The notes beneath the pieces were generated by a model. That model had not been told where the DNA came from and searched no databases. It worked only from the letters and a program-made list of their open reading frames with translations. Positions 10,732 to 21,392 of a stretch of 64,000 nucleotides of DNA are shown here, in pieces. This DNA comes from an uncultured Verrucomicrobiae bacterium. Its GTDB lineage: Bacteria; Verrucomicrobiota; Verrucomicrobiia; Chthoniobacterales; JAFAMB01. Position 1 is the stretch's first letter, and each line of letters opens with the position of its first letter. Both the position numbers and the translations under genes were made by a program. The stretch spans positions 1,472,001-1,536,000 of the forward strand of contig CAWIPH010000002.1 in NCBI GenBank assembly GCA_963837955.1, in the 5' to 3' direction.

Positions 10732-11172
10732 CGCACTAAAAAATACAGCCCCCCGCATCCGCTGGATACGAAGGGCTGCTGTTCCCCCCAGAACAATCCG
10801 TAAAAAATCGAAAGTTATACTGGCCTAAAGCCGAGCTCATTTCAAACGATTATTTGTCGATTTAACTGCTCGGTTTAGTCTCAGATTGCAAACAAACGAC
10901 GACCTTAAGCCAGTCTGACCGATTTGCCCAGTTACATTTTGGTGACATTGCCCGGCCTTTTCTTAGCGCGAAACCTCGGTCCTTTAACAGCACAAACCCT
11001 TGATTTGAGTCGCAAATTGGTAGTGCATCAGGCCTAAGTTGCTGCGCGGCACTGGGTAGAGGACCCGTTCCCGATCTCTATATTGTACAGAAAACCGATT
11101 TTCGGACCATTCTCCCGATATATCTGATTGAGTGCACCGGGTTCACCGTTTAATCAGCTAAGCTTACTCTGT

Positions 11173-12831
11173 ATGCAGACGATTGTAATTGGTCACCGCA
11201 ATCCCGACATGGATTCCATCTGTTCCGCGATAGCGTATGCCGAGCTTAAACGGAAATTGGGAATGACAGACGTGGTGGCTGCGCGGGCCGGAAATACCAA
11301 CGAGCGAATCGATTTCGTGCTGCATAAATTCGGGGTCGCCGCGCCCCAGTTTGTTTCTGACCTAACGCCAACTGTGGCAGACGTGATGGAAACAAAAATT
11401 GTCTCGGTCGCAAATGACGCGACCATTTCTCAGGCACTGACTTCAATTGGAGAGAAACGGTTGCGCGGTCTGCCGGTGGTCGATTCAGAAGGTCGATTCC
11501 TTGGGCTTCTTTCCGGTTGGAAGATCAGTCACTATCTCTTCCCGCCGCGGGAGGAGACCGCAAATTCTCGAGTAATTCTTGCTTCTGTCGCCAACATCCT
11601 GCACGCCCTGGATGGCCATGTTCTGGCAGGCTCTGCCGACGCAACCCTGCGCGATCTGGTCATCATGGTGGCAGCGATGAGTCCAGAGACCTTTTCGAGT
11701 CGACTAAAGGGCCGCGAAGGGGATCAAGTCGTCGTGTTTGTGGGCGATCGAGAAGATGTGCAGTTGGTGGCCATCCAAAATCGCGTCCTGGCCATCGTAG
11801 TGACCGGTGGAATGGGAGTCTCCGTGCGAGTTCGGGCAGCGGCGAAGGAGGCTGGGGTGTGCCTGATCTCCAGTCGATTTGACACTGCCACTTCGGTAAT
11901 GTCGGCGCGTGGAGCGGTGCGCGTAGAGCAAATGATCGATCAAGATTTCACGCCCTTTCATCCAGAGACGCGTCTGCGCGCAGCCCGACAAACTGCGGCC
12001 AATGCACCAGATTTTGTTTTCCCGATTGTTGACGCGGACAATCAGCTAGTCGGTATTTTGTCAAAGAGCGATTTCTTACGCCCGGTTCCACGCCAAATCA
12101 TCCTGGTTGACCACAACGAGCTTTCCCAAGCAGTCCGAGGGGCGAATGAAAACTCAATCATCGAAGTGCTTGATCATCATCGATTGGCGAGCTTCAGCAC
12201 CGATTCTCCCATTCTTTTTTGGAACAACCCAGTGGGATCCACGAGTACCATCGTCGCGCTTTGTTATCGGCAATACGGTATTTCGATCGATCCGCCGATC
12301 GCTGGGCTGCTGATGGCGGGACTGATTTCTGACACGCTAAACCTGACTTCGCCAACAGCGACCGAGGTTGACGCCCGCGTTTTGCAGGAACTCAGCCAAA
12401 TTGCGGGCGTCACGGCAGCGAAATTGTCGGAGGAGATCTTTGCCGTGGGATCACCCTTGCTCACATTGGGGCCGCAAGAGGCTATTCTGGCGGACTGCAA
12501 GGACTATGATGAAGGTGGGTTCCGTTTCAGCGTTGCCCAAGTGGAAGAGCTGAGTTTCGCCGCCTTCGAGGAGAAGAAAGAGGGGCTGTTTGAGGCCTTA
12601 CAGGAATACCACCAGAAGCAGCGCACTTATTTCTCCGCGTTTCTGGTCACCGACGTGAACACCCAAAACTCTCGCATGCTAATGGTAGCCCCTCCTGAAT
12701 TTCTGGACGTGATCCACTATCCTAGTTTAGCGCCCAACCTGTTTGAGCTGAACAACGTCGTCTCTCGCAAGAAACAATTAGTCCCGTACCTTTTAGATTG
12801 CCTTCAGAGAGTCAATCCGAGCATCGCCTAA
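11173..12831 (+). CDS. ppaC: Family II Mn-dependent inorganic pyrophosphatase with CBS-DRTGG insert
   Basis: GHRNPDMDS, VDHNE, DHH, VGSTST, SDT, SRKKQ; CBS and DRTGG (VVTGG) insert. Confidence 0.93.
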   Translation: MQTIVIGHRNPDMDSICSAIAYAELKRKLGMTDVVAARAGNTNERIDFVLHKFGVAAPQFVSDLTPTVADVMETKIVSVANDATISQALTSIGEKRLRGLPVVDSEGRFLGLLSGWKISHYLFPPREETANSRVILASVANILHALDGHVLAGSADATLRDLVIMVAAMSPETFSSRLKGREGDQVVVFVGDREDVQLVAIQNRVLAIVVTGGMGVSVRVRAAAKEAGVCLISSRFDTATSVMSARGAVRVEQMIDQDFTPFHPETRLRAARQTAANAPDFVFPIVDADNQLVGILSKSDFLRPVPRQIILVDHNELSQAVRGANENSIIEVLDHHRLASFSTDSPILFWNNPVGSTSTIVALCYRQYGISIDPPIAGLLMAGLISDTLNLTSPTATEVDARVLQELSQIAGVTAAKLSEEIFAVGSPLLTLGPQEAILADCKDYDEGGFRFSVAQVEELSFAAFEEKKEGLFEALQEYHQKQRTYFSAFLVTDVNTQNSRMLMVAPPEFLDVIHYPSLAPNLFELNNVVSRKKQLVPYLLDCLQRVNPSIA

Positions 12832-12858
12832 TTTTTTTCGATTCGATAGACTTTTGCT

Positions 12859-13710
12859 TTGGCCGCTCCAGAAAAAACTCTGCCTAGCATCCAGCGCCTG
12901 TTTTGGCGTGGTGGGCGCGGCCTACGGCGTTTGTTTTGGCGCAGCCCGGATGAATTGCGCGCTCCGCTCCCCGTCGCTGTCGTGGCGATAAACTGGGTTC
13001 TGGCATTTGTCCTCCTCTCGCTGCTGTGCGTCTACTCTTTTTCCCGTATCCAGTACACTTGGAACTGGGACAGTATCAGCAACTACTCCAGCATGTTCTG
13101 GAATGGCTGGTTCACGACTTTGGAGGTCTCGGCGGTTTCACTCCTGCTCAGTTCGGCCATCGGACTGATCGCGGCGATGGCTCGACGATCGGGCTTTCTG
13201 GTTCTGCGTGCTCTCAGCCGCATTTACGTTGAGACCATCCGCGGTACACCTTTGTTGGTCCAAATCTCCTTTGGTTTCTACGTGGTAGGAACGGCTTTTC
13301 ATGTCGAGAATCGGTTTCTGGTTGGCGTCACTTTACTCTCCCTTTTTTCGGGGGCGTACATCAGCGAAATCATTCGCGGAGGCATCGAAAGCATCGGTGC
13401 TTCGCAATTGGAATCGGCCCGCGCGATTGGTCTGACCAAGTTCCAAACCTACTATCATGTCATCTTTCCTCAGGCGATTCGGGTGATTCTTCCGGGGTTA
13501 GCTGGAATGTTCGCGTCGCTGATCAAGGACTCTTCGCTACTGTCGACGATCGCGATCGGTGAATTTACTTACAATGCCCAGCAGGTCGCCGGACTTACCT
13601 ACAGCCAATTTGAGGCGTACGTACCAATGGCGATCGGCTACCTGGTTTTGACGCTCCCGATCAGTCTCTGGACTCAATCGCTAGAACGAAGGACAAAATT
13701 TGAAACTTGA
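12859..13710 (+). CDS. Polar amino acid ABC transporter permease
   Basis: YVETIRGTPLLVQ, AYISEIIRGGI, IKDSSL. Confidence 0.93.
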   Translation: MAAPEKTLPSIQRLFWRGGRGLRRLFWRSPDELRAPLPVAVVAINWVLAFVLLSLLCVYSFSRIQYTWNWDSISNYSSMFWNGWFTTLEVSAVSLLLSSAIGLIAAMARRSGFLVLRALSRIYVETIRGTPLLVQISFGFYVVGTAFHVENRFLVGVTLLSLFSGAYISEIIRGGIESIGASQLESARAIGLTKFQTYYHVIFPQAIRVILPGLAGMFASLIKDSSLLSTIAIGEFTYNAQQVAGLTYSQFEAYVPMAIGYLVLTLPISLWTQSLERRTKFET

Positions 13711-14431
13711 GGTCCAAAGTTTATGCAAATCCTTTGGAGACCAATTGGTGCTCCAGAATATCGACATTTCTTTGCAGAAGGTTCATACGCTTGCCTTGAT
13801 TGGGCCTTCCGGCGGTGGCAAGTCGACGCTATTGCGCGTGATAGCCGGCTTGGAAAGGCCGGATCGCGGAAGGGTGGTTCTAGATGACGAAGAAATTATT
13901 TTTCGTGAGCGAGAATTACACAAACACCGCAAAACGGTCGGGACCGTTTTTCAGAGCTTTAATCTCTTTCCGCACCTGAGTGCGTTGAGCAATATCACCC
14001 TCCCGCTCGAGAAGGTGCATGGTCATTCGAAAATGGAAGCGCGCCGGATCGCTGAAGAGATTCTGGTACGATTTCAGTTGATGGAGCACGCTGCCAAACA
14101 GCCCGCCCAGCTTTCCGGCGGCCAACGCCAAAGGATCGCAATCGCGCGGGCGATATCGATTCGGCCGAAGCTGCTTCTTTTTGATGAACCAACCTCGGCG
14201 CTTGATCCGGAAATGACCGCGGAAGTGCTGGAGGTCATCGAGGAGCTCCGCGAAGAGGGCAGAGATTTCGTGCTCGTTACACACCAGATGGGTTTCGCGA
14301 AACGAGTTGCGGACCAGGTAGCGCTGCTGAGCGGGGGTCAGATTGTCGAATGCGGTCCGCCTAGCCAGATCTTGGACGATCCGAAATCGGAGACCGGGCG
14401 ACAGTTCCTTGCCAAGATTCTGAAATACTGA
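13700..14431 (+). CDS. Polar amino acid ABC transporter ATP-binding protein
   Basis: [34 protein letters not shown]. Confidence 0.95.
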   Translation: MKLEVQSLCKSFGDQLVLQNIDISLQKVHTLALIGPSGGGKSTLLRVIAGLERPDRGRVVLDDEEIIFRERELHKHRKTVGTVFQSFNLFPHLSALSNITLPLEKVHGHSKMEARRIAEEILVRFQLMEHAAKQPAQLSGGQRQRIAIARAISIRPKLLLFDEPTSALDPEMTAEVLEVIEELREEGRDFVLVTHQMGFAKRVADQVALLSGGQIVECGPPSQILDDPKSETGRQFLAKILKY

Positions 14432-14520
14432 TGAGGAAACGGCAGCGGGCTCGTATGCACGCATGCGCGTCAACATAAGGGAAGATGCTCTGTTCTCTGC
14501 TCTGTTCTCTGCCCCGGAGC

Positions 14521-14759
14521 GGGGAGGGCGCACGTCCTCGTGCCGTGGATCGCGAGGACGCGACGTCCCCCGAGCGCGGAGGGGCGTTGCTTGCGACGCC
14601 CGGGAATGGCCCGCGGTTCACCGAGTGCTCGAGGCCAGGGATTCGCCAGCTCTGTTAGTCGTGGATTATTCCCGGGAGCCGCAAGCGGCTCCCCTCCGCG
14701 CTTTTGCGACGTAGGATCCTCGTGATCCACGGCGCACGAGGACGGTGCGCCCTCCCCCC
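14521..14759. repeat. REPIN-like cluster: two inverted GGAG-type REP units enclosing smaller hairpins
   Basis: GGGGAGGGCGCACGTCCTCGTG at 14521 and its inverse GCACGAGGACGGTGCGCCCTCCCC ending 14759; lies between convergent genes. Confidence 0.75.
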
Positions 14760-14800
14760 TTCGGGGCAGAATCAAGCATCCACCGCACCCCGTAGCCACC

Positions 14801-15532
14801 TTAAGCCGCTTGCCGGGTATGAATAAATTCTTCCACGAAAACAGTCGCCGGCTCATCTTGAATTTCGCCCGGCGTGCCGATCTGCTCAATTCGGGCGTGA
14901 TTCATGACCGCCACCCGATCGGACAATTCTAAGGCTTCTTCCTGGTCATGCGTGACAAAGAAAGTCGTGATCTTCAGCTGGCGTTGCAGGTCTTTTACCC
15001 AGGTCCGCAATTCCTTGCGCACCTTTGCGTCCAAGGCGCCGAATGGCTCGTCCAACAAAAGAATACGTGGATTGATAGCTAGGGCTCGGGCTAACGCGAC
15101 CCGTTGGCGTTGCCCGCCAGAGAGCTGCGCCGGTAGCCGTTTCTCGAAGCCAGGGAGCTGAACAAGCTTCAACAAGTCGTTCACTCGATCGCGAACTTCC
15201 GATTTATTGGGTCTTTCTCCATGGCGCATAACCTCCAAACCAAATGCAACATTCTTGAAGACCGACATGTGTCGGAAGAGTGCATAGCTTTGAAAAACAA
15301 AGCCAACCCGTCGCTTTTGGATCTTCAGCCGGGTGGAATCGATTCCATTAAAATAGACGTTCCCGTAATCGGGGAAATCGAGTCCGGCGATGATGCGCAG
15401 CAGTGTGGTTTTACCTGAACCCGAAGGCCCAAGTAGCGCCACAAGTTCCCCGTCATCCGCATGCAACGAGACCCGATTCAATGCCGTATAGGTCTCGAAT
15501 TTTCTGATCAAATCTTTTACTTCAATTTTCAT
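14801..15532 (-). CDS. cysA: Sulfate ABC transporter ATP-binding protein (short, no C-terminal domain)
   Basis: [32 protein letters not shown]; operon context. Confidence 0.93.
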   Translation of the reverse strand: MKIEVKDLIRKFETYTALNRVSLHADDGELVALLGPSGSGKTTLLRIIAGLDFPDYGNVYFNGIDSTRLKIQKRRVGFVFQSYALFRHMSVFKNVAFGLEVMRHGERPNKSEVRDRVNDLLKLVQLPGFEKRLPAQLSGGQRQRVALARALAINPRILLLDEPFGALDAKVRKELRTWVKDLQRQLKITTFFVTHDQEEALELSDRVAVMNHARIEQIGTPGEIQDEPATVFVEEFIHTRQAA

Positions 15533-16410
15533 CTGAAACTGGGCGCCTCTGTTAACGTGAAATTTGTCGTGGCCTGCATTCGCCATTCCAGGAAGCTTTT
15601 GATCAGCAAAGTAAGCACTGCGAGAAGTGTCAGCAGCGAAGCGATGGCGAACGCGCCCGCGAAATTATTGCTTTCGTACAGCATTTGGACCTGCAAAGGG
15701 ATCGTGTTCGTGCCTCCGACGATGTGCCCCGAAACTACTGAGACGGCGCCGAACTCACCCATGGCGCGGGCGTTGCAGAGAATAATTCCGTAGAGCAATC
15801 CCCATCGCGCCTTTGGCAGGGTAATCCGCCAAAATGTTTGCCACCCGTTTGCCCCAAGGGAAAGCGCCGCCTGTTCTTCCTCGCTGCCCTGCGTTTGCAT
15901 CAACGGAATCAAGGCACGCGCAACAAATGGGAAAGTTACGAAGATCGTCGCCAGCACTAATCCTGGCGGAGCGAAAATGATCTTCAGGTGCAGGGCTTGT
16001 ATCAGCGGGTCGAACCAACCGGTTTTGCCGAACAACAGGACGAAAATCATTCCCGCGATCACCGGCGATACCGCAAAGGGTATGTCGATGAGCGTGATTA
16101 AGAAGCTCTTCCCTGGAAATTCAAATTTCGCGATGGCCCAAGCCGCGCAGACGCCGAAGAGAAGATTGCAGGGAACCGCGAAAGCCGCGACCATCAACGT
16201 GAGCCAAATAGCCGACTGCGAAGTCGGTTTCTGCAGTGTTGCGATATACCCTGGCATCCCTTGCTGCAGTGCCTGGAAGAACACCGAGCAGAGGGGGAGT
16301 AGCAAAAATATCGCCGTGAAGACAAGCACAATCGTCAAGAGCAGATAGCGCAGCAATGCCGGATCGCGGGTCGTGGGATGGGCCTTCGGTGGTCGGAATA
16401 CCGTTTCCAT
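15529..16410 (-). CDS. cysW: Sulfate ABC transporter permease CysW
   Basis: [29 protein letters not shown]. Confidence 0.95.
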   Translation of the reverse strand: METVFRPPKAHPTTRDPALLRYLLLTIVLVFTAIFLLLPLCSVFFQALQQGMPGYIATLQKPTSQSAIWLTLMVAAFAVPCNLLFGVCAAWAIAKFEFPGKSFLITLIDIPFAVSPVIAGMIFVLLFGKTGWFDPLIQALHLKIIFAPPGLVLATIFVTFPFVARALIPLMQTQGSEEEQAALSLGANGWQTFWRITLPKARWGLLYGIILCNARAMGEFGAVSVVSGHIVGGTNTIPLQVQMLYESNNFAGAFAIASLLTLLAVLTLLIKSFLEWRMQATTNFTLTEAPSFR

Positions 16411-16414
16411 GTTT

Positions 16415-17263
16415 TTAAGAAGTTTGACCGAATTGCGCCCACCGCTGAAGGCCGTTGATCAACAGCATGAGGGCAAAGGAAATGACTAACATCACCACGG
16501 CAATGGCCGTGGCCTGGCCGTAATGAAACTGATCGAGTTGCGACATGATCAGTAGAGGAACGATCTGGTCATGCATCGGCTTGTTGCTCGAGATGAAGAT
16601 CACCGACCCGTACTCACCCAGAGCCCGGGCGAACGCTAAGGCGAATCCAGTGATCGCCGCCGGAAGAATCACCGGCAGAACGACTCGCCGGATTGTTTGC
16701 TTACGCGAGGCACCCAGACTGGCGGCCGCCTCTTCGAATTCGAGGTCCAGATCCGCCAGTACCGGCTGGACAGTACGGACCACAAAAGGAATCCCAATAA
16801 AGATGAGGGCGATCAGGATGCCAAGTTGGGAGTAAGCGATATGCAGTCCTGTCGCTGCGAGGATGGGTCGCCCGAGCCAGCCATTTGGAGCGTAAATCGC
16901 TGTCAAAGAAATACCGGCGACAGCAGTCGGTAACGCGAATGGTAAATCGACCATCGCATCGATCAGTTTGCGCCCGGGAAATTCGTATCGGACGAGGACC
17001 CATGCAAGCAAAGTGCCGAAGACCAGGTTAACCAGCCCGGCGAAAAAAGAGATGGAAAAGCTGAGTTGAAAGGCTGCAACGACTTCGGGTCGCGTAACTA
17101 CATCAAGGAATCCCGCCCAGCCGAGATTGGATGCTTTTAGGAAAGTGGCGGAGAGAGGTATCAGCACGATCAGGCTGAGGTAAGACAGAGTGATGCCCAG
17201 GGTTAGCCCGAACCCGGGCAAGACCTTGCGTTGGTACCACAATCGGAGTCCAAGCCAATTCAT
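16415..17263 (-). CDS. cysT: Sulfate ABC transporter permease CysT/CysU
   Basis: LPGFGLTLG, VDLPFALPTAVAG, FARALGEYGSVIFI. Confidence 0.95.
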   Translation of the reverse strand: MNWLGLRLWYQRKVLPGFGLTLGITLSYLSLIVLIPLSATFLKASNLGWAGFLDVVTRPEVVAAFQLSFSISFFAGLVNLVFGTLLAWVLVRYEFPGRKLIDAMVDLPFALPTAVAGISLTAIYAPNGWLGRPILAATGLHIAYSQLGILIALIFIGIPFVVRTVQPVLADLDLEFEEAAASLGASRKQTIRRVVLPVILPAAITGFALAFARALGEYGSVIFISSNKPMHDQIVPLLIMSQLDQFHYGQATAIAVVMLVISFALMLLINGLQRWAQFGQTS

Positions 17264-17365
17264 TACTTGACTACTGTGGTATAGAAAAGCCGATCTGCGC
17301 AATCAACAAATACTTTTTTGAGAAAAATGGGGCCAGTCGGAGGGCGATCAGCCCTCCGAAAATTG

Positions 17366-17400
17366 ACAGGCTCCCGGCCAAAAAAAAACCGGGAGCCTGT
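17366..17400. terminator. Stem-loop between sbp and cysT (mRNA-stabilising or partial terminator)
   Basis: Perfect 12-bp inverted repeat ACAGGCTCCCGG / CCGGGAGCCTGT. Confidence 0.55.
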
Positions 17401-17412
17401 TCCCGCCCGAAA

Positions 17413-18420
17413 TTATGGCTTATAAATCTGATCAAAAACGCCGTCGTCAGCGAAAAACTTAGGTTGTGCCTTTTTCCAGCCTCCAAAGAGATCGTCGACC
17501 GTGAATAGCGAAACCTTGGAAAACTTGTCTGCGTATTTTTGAGCTACCTGTGGGTCGGTCGGCCGGTAGAAGTTCTTTGCGGCGATTTCCTGGCCCTCCG
17601 AAGTGTAAAGGTACTCCAAGTAGGCTGTGGCCACGGCTCGGGTTCCTTTTTTGTCCACGACCTTGTCAACTACTGTGACAGGTGGCTCAGCCAGAATGCT
17701 GATCGACGGATTTACCATCTCAAATTTGTCTGCGCCGAACTCTTTCAGACTGAGAAAGCCTTCGTTTTCCCACGCGATTAAGACGTCTCCGACCTCCCGT
17801 TGGGCAAATGTAGTGGTTGATCCGCGCGCTCCCGAATCAAGCACCGGTACATTCTGGTAAAGCTTGGTAATAAACTCCTTCGCTTTCGCCTCATCGTTCC
17901 CGTTGGTCTTCAGCGCATAACCCCACGCTGCGAGGAAGTTCCATCTCCCACCGCTCGAAGTTTTTGGGTTGGGCGTTATGACTTGAACCCCATTCTTGAT
18001 GAGGTCATTCCAGTCTTTGATGCCCTTTGGATTACCTTTCCGCACCAGAAAATTAATGGTTGAGGTATACGGCGAACTATTGTGCGGGAGCCTCTTCTGC
18101 CAATCAGCCACGACGAGGTCGCCATGATCGTGCAAAGAATCGATGTCAGCCGCCAGCCCCAAGGTTACGACGTCGGCCTCCAATCCGTCGATCACTGACC
18201 GAGCCTGCTTGCCGGAGCCGCCATGCGATTGCTCGATGACCACTTGGTCGCCGGTCTTCGCCTGATAAGACTTGGCGAACGCTTGATTAAATTCTTCGTA
18301 AAACTCCCGGGTTGGATCGTACGAAACATTTAGCAAATGAATGGTAGCTGCCGGCGCCGAACTGATGAGCGCCGCGGCGAAAGAGAAAAGTGCAAACGAA
18401 CGGTGGATGGAGGAAGTCAT
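17413..18420 (-). CDS. sbp: Sulfate ABC transporter substrate-binding protein
   Basis: [41 protein letters not shown]; signal peptide from ATG 18420. Confidence 0.95.
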   Translation of the reverse strand: MTSSIHRSFALFSFAAALISSAPAATIHLLNVSYDPTREFYEEFNQAFAKSYQAKTGDQVVIEQSHGGSGKQARSVIDGLEADVVTLGLAADIDSLHDHGDLVVADWQKRLPHNSSPYTSTINFLVRKGNPKGIKDWNDLIKNGVQVITPNPKTSSGGRWNFLAAWGYALKTNGNDEAKAKEFITKLYQNVPVLDSGARGSTTTFAQREVGDVLIAWENEGFLSLKEFGADKFEMVNPSISILAEPPVTVVDKVVDKKGTRAVATAYLEYLYTSEGQEIAAKNFYRPTDPQVAQKYADKFSKVSLFTVDDLFGGWKKAQPKFFADDGVFDQIYKP

Positions 18421-18445
18421 AACCCTACTTAAGACATCGGGATTA
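18420..18445. promoter_or_regulatory. Putative Rrf2 (CymR-like) operator abutting the sbp start codon
   Basis: TAACCCTACTTAAGACATCGGGATTA, an imperfect palindrome resembling CymR/IscR boxes; Rrf2 gene adjacent. Confidence 0.5.
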
Positions 18446-18629
18446 AAAGCATACAAAAATCGGGGAGTAAAGGGGAAACGCCCAGTCTCCAGCGGTGAGC
18501 CAGGGACAGACCAACGGGCGGGAAGCTTAACTAGTAGGAGATGCTGCCGAGGTGCAGAGCGCCAATGACCGCCCAAATCCTAGGCGAGCCATCCAATGTC
18601 TGCCCAGCCGCCGCCTCTTTTGGGCAACG

Positions 18630-19184
18630 TCAGCTCTGGATCTTGCTACGCTCGCCGTTTGTTCGCGGCGTTGCCAGGGTGCTCTCGGAACTCTTGGACC
18701 GGGCGACCGGCATGGAATCAGCCGAAAAAGGAAGCGGAAAATTGTCGCGCCGCATTTTCCGCAAAGTGACTTCCACGACATCCGCCAAGGAGAAACGGTC
18801 GAGAATGTTCGAGATTGCGTTGCGCACGTCGAGCATGACCATCCGAAGACCACAATGTTCCTCATCGGGGCAGGTGCAACGTTCATAAGCGACCTGGCTA
18901 ACACAATTGATCGGAGCCAGCGGCCCATCAATCAGGCGCACGACCTGTCCGATCTGAATATCCTCAGGGCGGCGAGCAAGTAAGTAACCACCGTGTTTGC
19001 CCCGCCTGCTTTCCAGGTATCCCGCAGCTTTCAGCTGCATCAGAATCTGTTCGAGAAACTTGACCGGTAGCTCCTCTTTCGCGGCCAGCTGATTCACCTG
19101 CAGCAGCGGTTTACCCATTGATTGAGCTAGCCCAAAATCGATCAATGCCCGGAGGGCGTATTCGCCCCGTTTCGAAAGTTTCAC
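18630..19184 (-). CDS. Rrf2 family transcriptional regulator (CymR-like)
   Basis: MKLSKRGEYALRAL, FLEQIL, SRRGKHGGY.L, DGPLAPINC; 4 C-terminal Cys; heads the sulfate operon. Confidence 0.92.
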   Translation of the reverse strand: MKLSKRGEYALRALIDFGLAQSMGKPLLQVNQLAAKEELPVKFLEQILMQLKAAGYLESRRGKHGGYLLARRPEDIQIGQVVRLIDGPLAPINCVSQVAYERCTCPDEEHCGLRMVMLDVRNAISNILDRFSLADVVEVTLRKMRRDNFPLPFSADSMPVARSKSSESTLATPRTNGERSKIQS

Positions 19185-19282
19185 AGCTCGCGAGTGTAGA
19201 GCGGGGCGTAGGCAAACTCAAATCAATGTGTACGTTAATCAGCGTGAATGTCATCCGTGCCGTACACAGGCGGAGTTTATTG

Positions 19283-19299
19283 TTGCAAACAAGTTGCAA
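19283..19299. promoter_or_regulatory. Putative Fur/Zur-family operator
   Basis: Palindrome TTGCAA-ACAAG-TTGCAA in AT-rich flanks, 17 nt upstream of the metal ABC operon. Confidence 0.5.
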
Positions 19300-19316
19300 A
19301 TAAATCACTTTCACCG

Positions 19317-20213
19317 ATGAGGTTTGCTCGACTTCTACTTTCCGCCTGCCTCTTCTCCAACTTCATAGTCTCTCACGCCAAGGCCGACGATAATCTGGTC
19401 GTCGCTAGTTTTTCTACGATCTTGACTGAAATAGGCCAGAGGGTAGGAGGTAACGAAGTGACAGTGACTGCTTTGATCCAACCCGGGCAGGATCCTCACG
19501 AGTTTCAGCTCAGCCCGAGTGATCTCCAAGCGGTCAGCAGAGCGCGATTGGTCCTCACTTCTGGAAAAAACCTCGAGCGCTACTTCAATAATTTACGTGA
19601 CGCAACGAAAGCAGATTTGCTTCCGGTCGGCGACCACTTACCCGGTTTGAAAATGCCGGCTGGATCCGATAATGAGACGTCGAAGAGCGGGTTCGTCGAA
19701 GACCCGCATTGGTGGAACAGCGTGCCAAACGTTGAAAAAGCTGCGATTAACGTACGTGACGAACTGATAAAGCTCGATCCGGGCCACGCCGATGAGTATC
19801 GGGCCAACGCGCAATCCTACTTGGCAGAGCTCCAGCAACTTAACGACTGGGTGAAGCGGAAAGTAGCCGAGTTACCCCGAGACCGAAGGAAGCTGGTTAC
19901 CTCCCACGACGCTTTCCAATACTTCGCGAAAGAGTACGGGTTTCAGATCTTCTCTATCGAAGGGTTGAGTACAGAGGATGAACCTTCACTCCGCCATGTG
20001 TCGGAGTTGATTGACCAGATCCGAAAACAGCACGTAAAAGCGATTTTTATCGAAAACGCTTTGAACCCGAAAGTGAGTGTCGAGATTACCCGCGAAAGCG
20101 GGGCCAAGATTGGGGGAACTCTTTACGCCGATGGACTTGGAACCGGAGATGCCGCGACCTACCAGGGGATGATAAAGCATAACGTGGAGACCATTGTCGA
20201 TGCGCTGAAATGA
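19317..20213 (+). CDS. Zn/Mn ABC transporter substrate-binding protein
   Basis: DPHEF, DPHWW, SHDAFQYF, LYADGLG. Confidence 0.93.
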   Translation: MRFARLLLSACLFSNFIVSHAKADDNLVVASFSTILTEIGQRVGGNEVTVTALIQPGQDPHEFQLSPSDLQAVSRARLVLTSGKNLERYFNNLRDATKADLLPVGDHLPGLKMPAGSDNETSKSGFVEDPHWWNSVPNVEKAAINVRDELIKLDPGHADEYRANAQSYLAELQQLNDWVKRKVAELPRDRRKLVTSHDAFQYFAKEYGFQIFSIEGLSTEDEPSLRHVSELIDQIRKQHVKAIFIENALNPKVSVEITRESGAKIGGTLYADGLGTGDAATYQGMIKHNVETIVDALK

Positions 20214-20641
20214 GAGGTTCGCCGCTCCTGCAACTACTCGGATTGGTGATCGTGCTAGGGCTGCTCGTTTTTCCACTGCGCTATCTAACCTCTGCGGCGC
20301 GAAATGAACCGCCGCTGGCCAACTCAGACGCCGCTACCTCAAACACCAAATCGATTGAGCTGAAACTGGTTTCCTCAACAGTCCCGTACACTTTTGACAT
20401 TCAGTTCTTAGGTAAACCGCTCTGGACGGGCACAGCGGAGCGATCGATCGAAACTAGGTCCGTCCAAATCCCGTTCCCAGCGGAAGGCGTTGACCTAACT
20501 GTCCAGGTACATTGGAGCAAAGCCGGTATGGCGGCTCTCCAACTCACGGTGACTCCACCCGATCAACCTCCGCTGTCCCAAACCCTTTGGGGAGACGGAG
20601 AAGTGAGCGACACGATCACATTTAAAGAAGGGTCGCAATAG
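20210..20641 (+). CDS. Hypothetical membrane-anchored protein inside the metal ABC operon
   Basis: N-terminal TM, beta-rich body, ATGA overlap with the SBP gene. Confidence 0.7.
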   Translation: MRGSPLLQLLGLVIVLGLLVFPLRYLTSAARNEPPLANSDAATSNTKSIELKLVSSTVPYTFDIQFLGKPLWTGTAERSIETRSVQIPFPAEGVDLTVQVHWSKAGMAALQLTVTPPDQPPLSQTLWGDGEVSDTITFKEGSQ

Positions 20642-20645
20642 CTAG

Positions 20646-21392
20646 ATGAATGACACGCTTGACCACGTCCTACGGATCAAAGATCTCACCGTGAGTTATC
20701 GACGGGTTCCTGCGGTGCATCACGTCAACATCGACCTCCATTGCGGAAGATGCGTTGGACTGTTGGGGCCAAACGGTGCAGGTAAGACTTCGCTTCTGAA
20801 AGCGGTCGCTGGTCTGGTTCCGCTTGAGACCGGAACGATCGAAATTGGCGGACACGATGGAAGCGCGAATCATGGCGCATATGTGGCCTATCTTCCGCAG
20901 CGCTCAGCGATTGATTGGGACTTTCCCACAACGGTGTGTGGTCTGGTAGAGATGGGGCGTTATCCTGCGTTAAGCTGGTGGAGGCCGTTCGGAGAGAAAG
21001 ACCGTGCGGTCGTGCACAAGGCGTTGAGTGCGATGAAGCTGAGCGACCTGGCGGATCGGCAAATTAGTGCCTTATCCGGTGGCCAGCAGCAGCGAGCATT
21101 TCTCGCTCGATCGCTCGCCCAAAACGCACACGTGTTCTTGCTGGACGAGCCGTTCGCTGGATTAGATAAACCCTCTCAAGATCTATTTGGAGAGATCCTG
21201 CGGGATCTCGCGCGGGCGGGTAACCTGGTCATCGTCTCCCACCACGATTTGCGGATGGTCCCGTACTTGTTTGACGAAGTCATTTTCCTGAATGGCGAGC
21301 TTGTGGCTTACGGACCGACCGATGTCGTCTTTAATGACGAGAATCGCATCCGCACCTTTGGGACCGAAACCTTTTCCGGGCAGCCCGCGTGA
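20646..21392 (+). CDS. Zn/Mn ABC transporter ATP-binding protein
   Basis: GPNGAGKT, YLPQR..IDWDFP, LSGGQQQR, HHDL. Confidence 0.95.
   Translation: MNDTLDHVLRIKDLTVSYRRVPAVHHVNIDLHCGRCVGLLGPNGAGKTSLLKAVAGLVPLETGTIEIGGHDGSANHGAYVAYLPQRSAIDWDFPTTVCGLVEMGRYPALSWWRPFGEKDRAVVHKALSAMKLSDLADRQISALSGGQQQRAFLARSLAQNAHVFLLDEPFAGLDKPSQDLFGEILRDLARAGNLVIVSHHDLRMVPYLFDEVIFLNGELVAYGPTDVVFNDENRIRTFGTETFSGQPA

Noticed and set aside
10931..10946. GTTAC-N6-GTGAC GlnR-like box upstream of ppaC
   Set aside because: Single short match with no supporting gene context or expected regulator.
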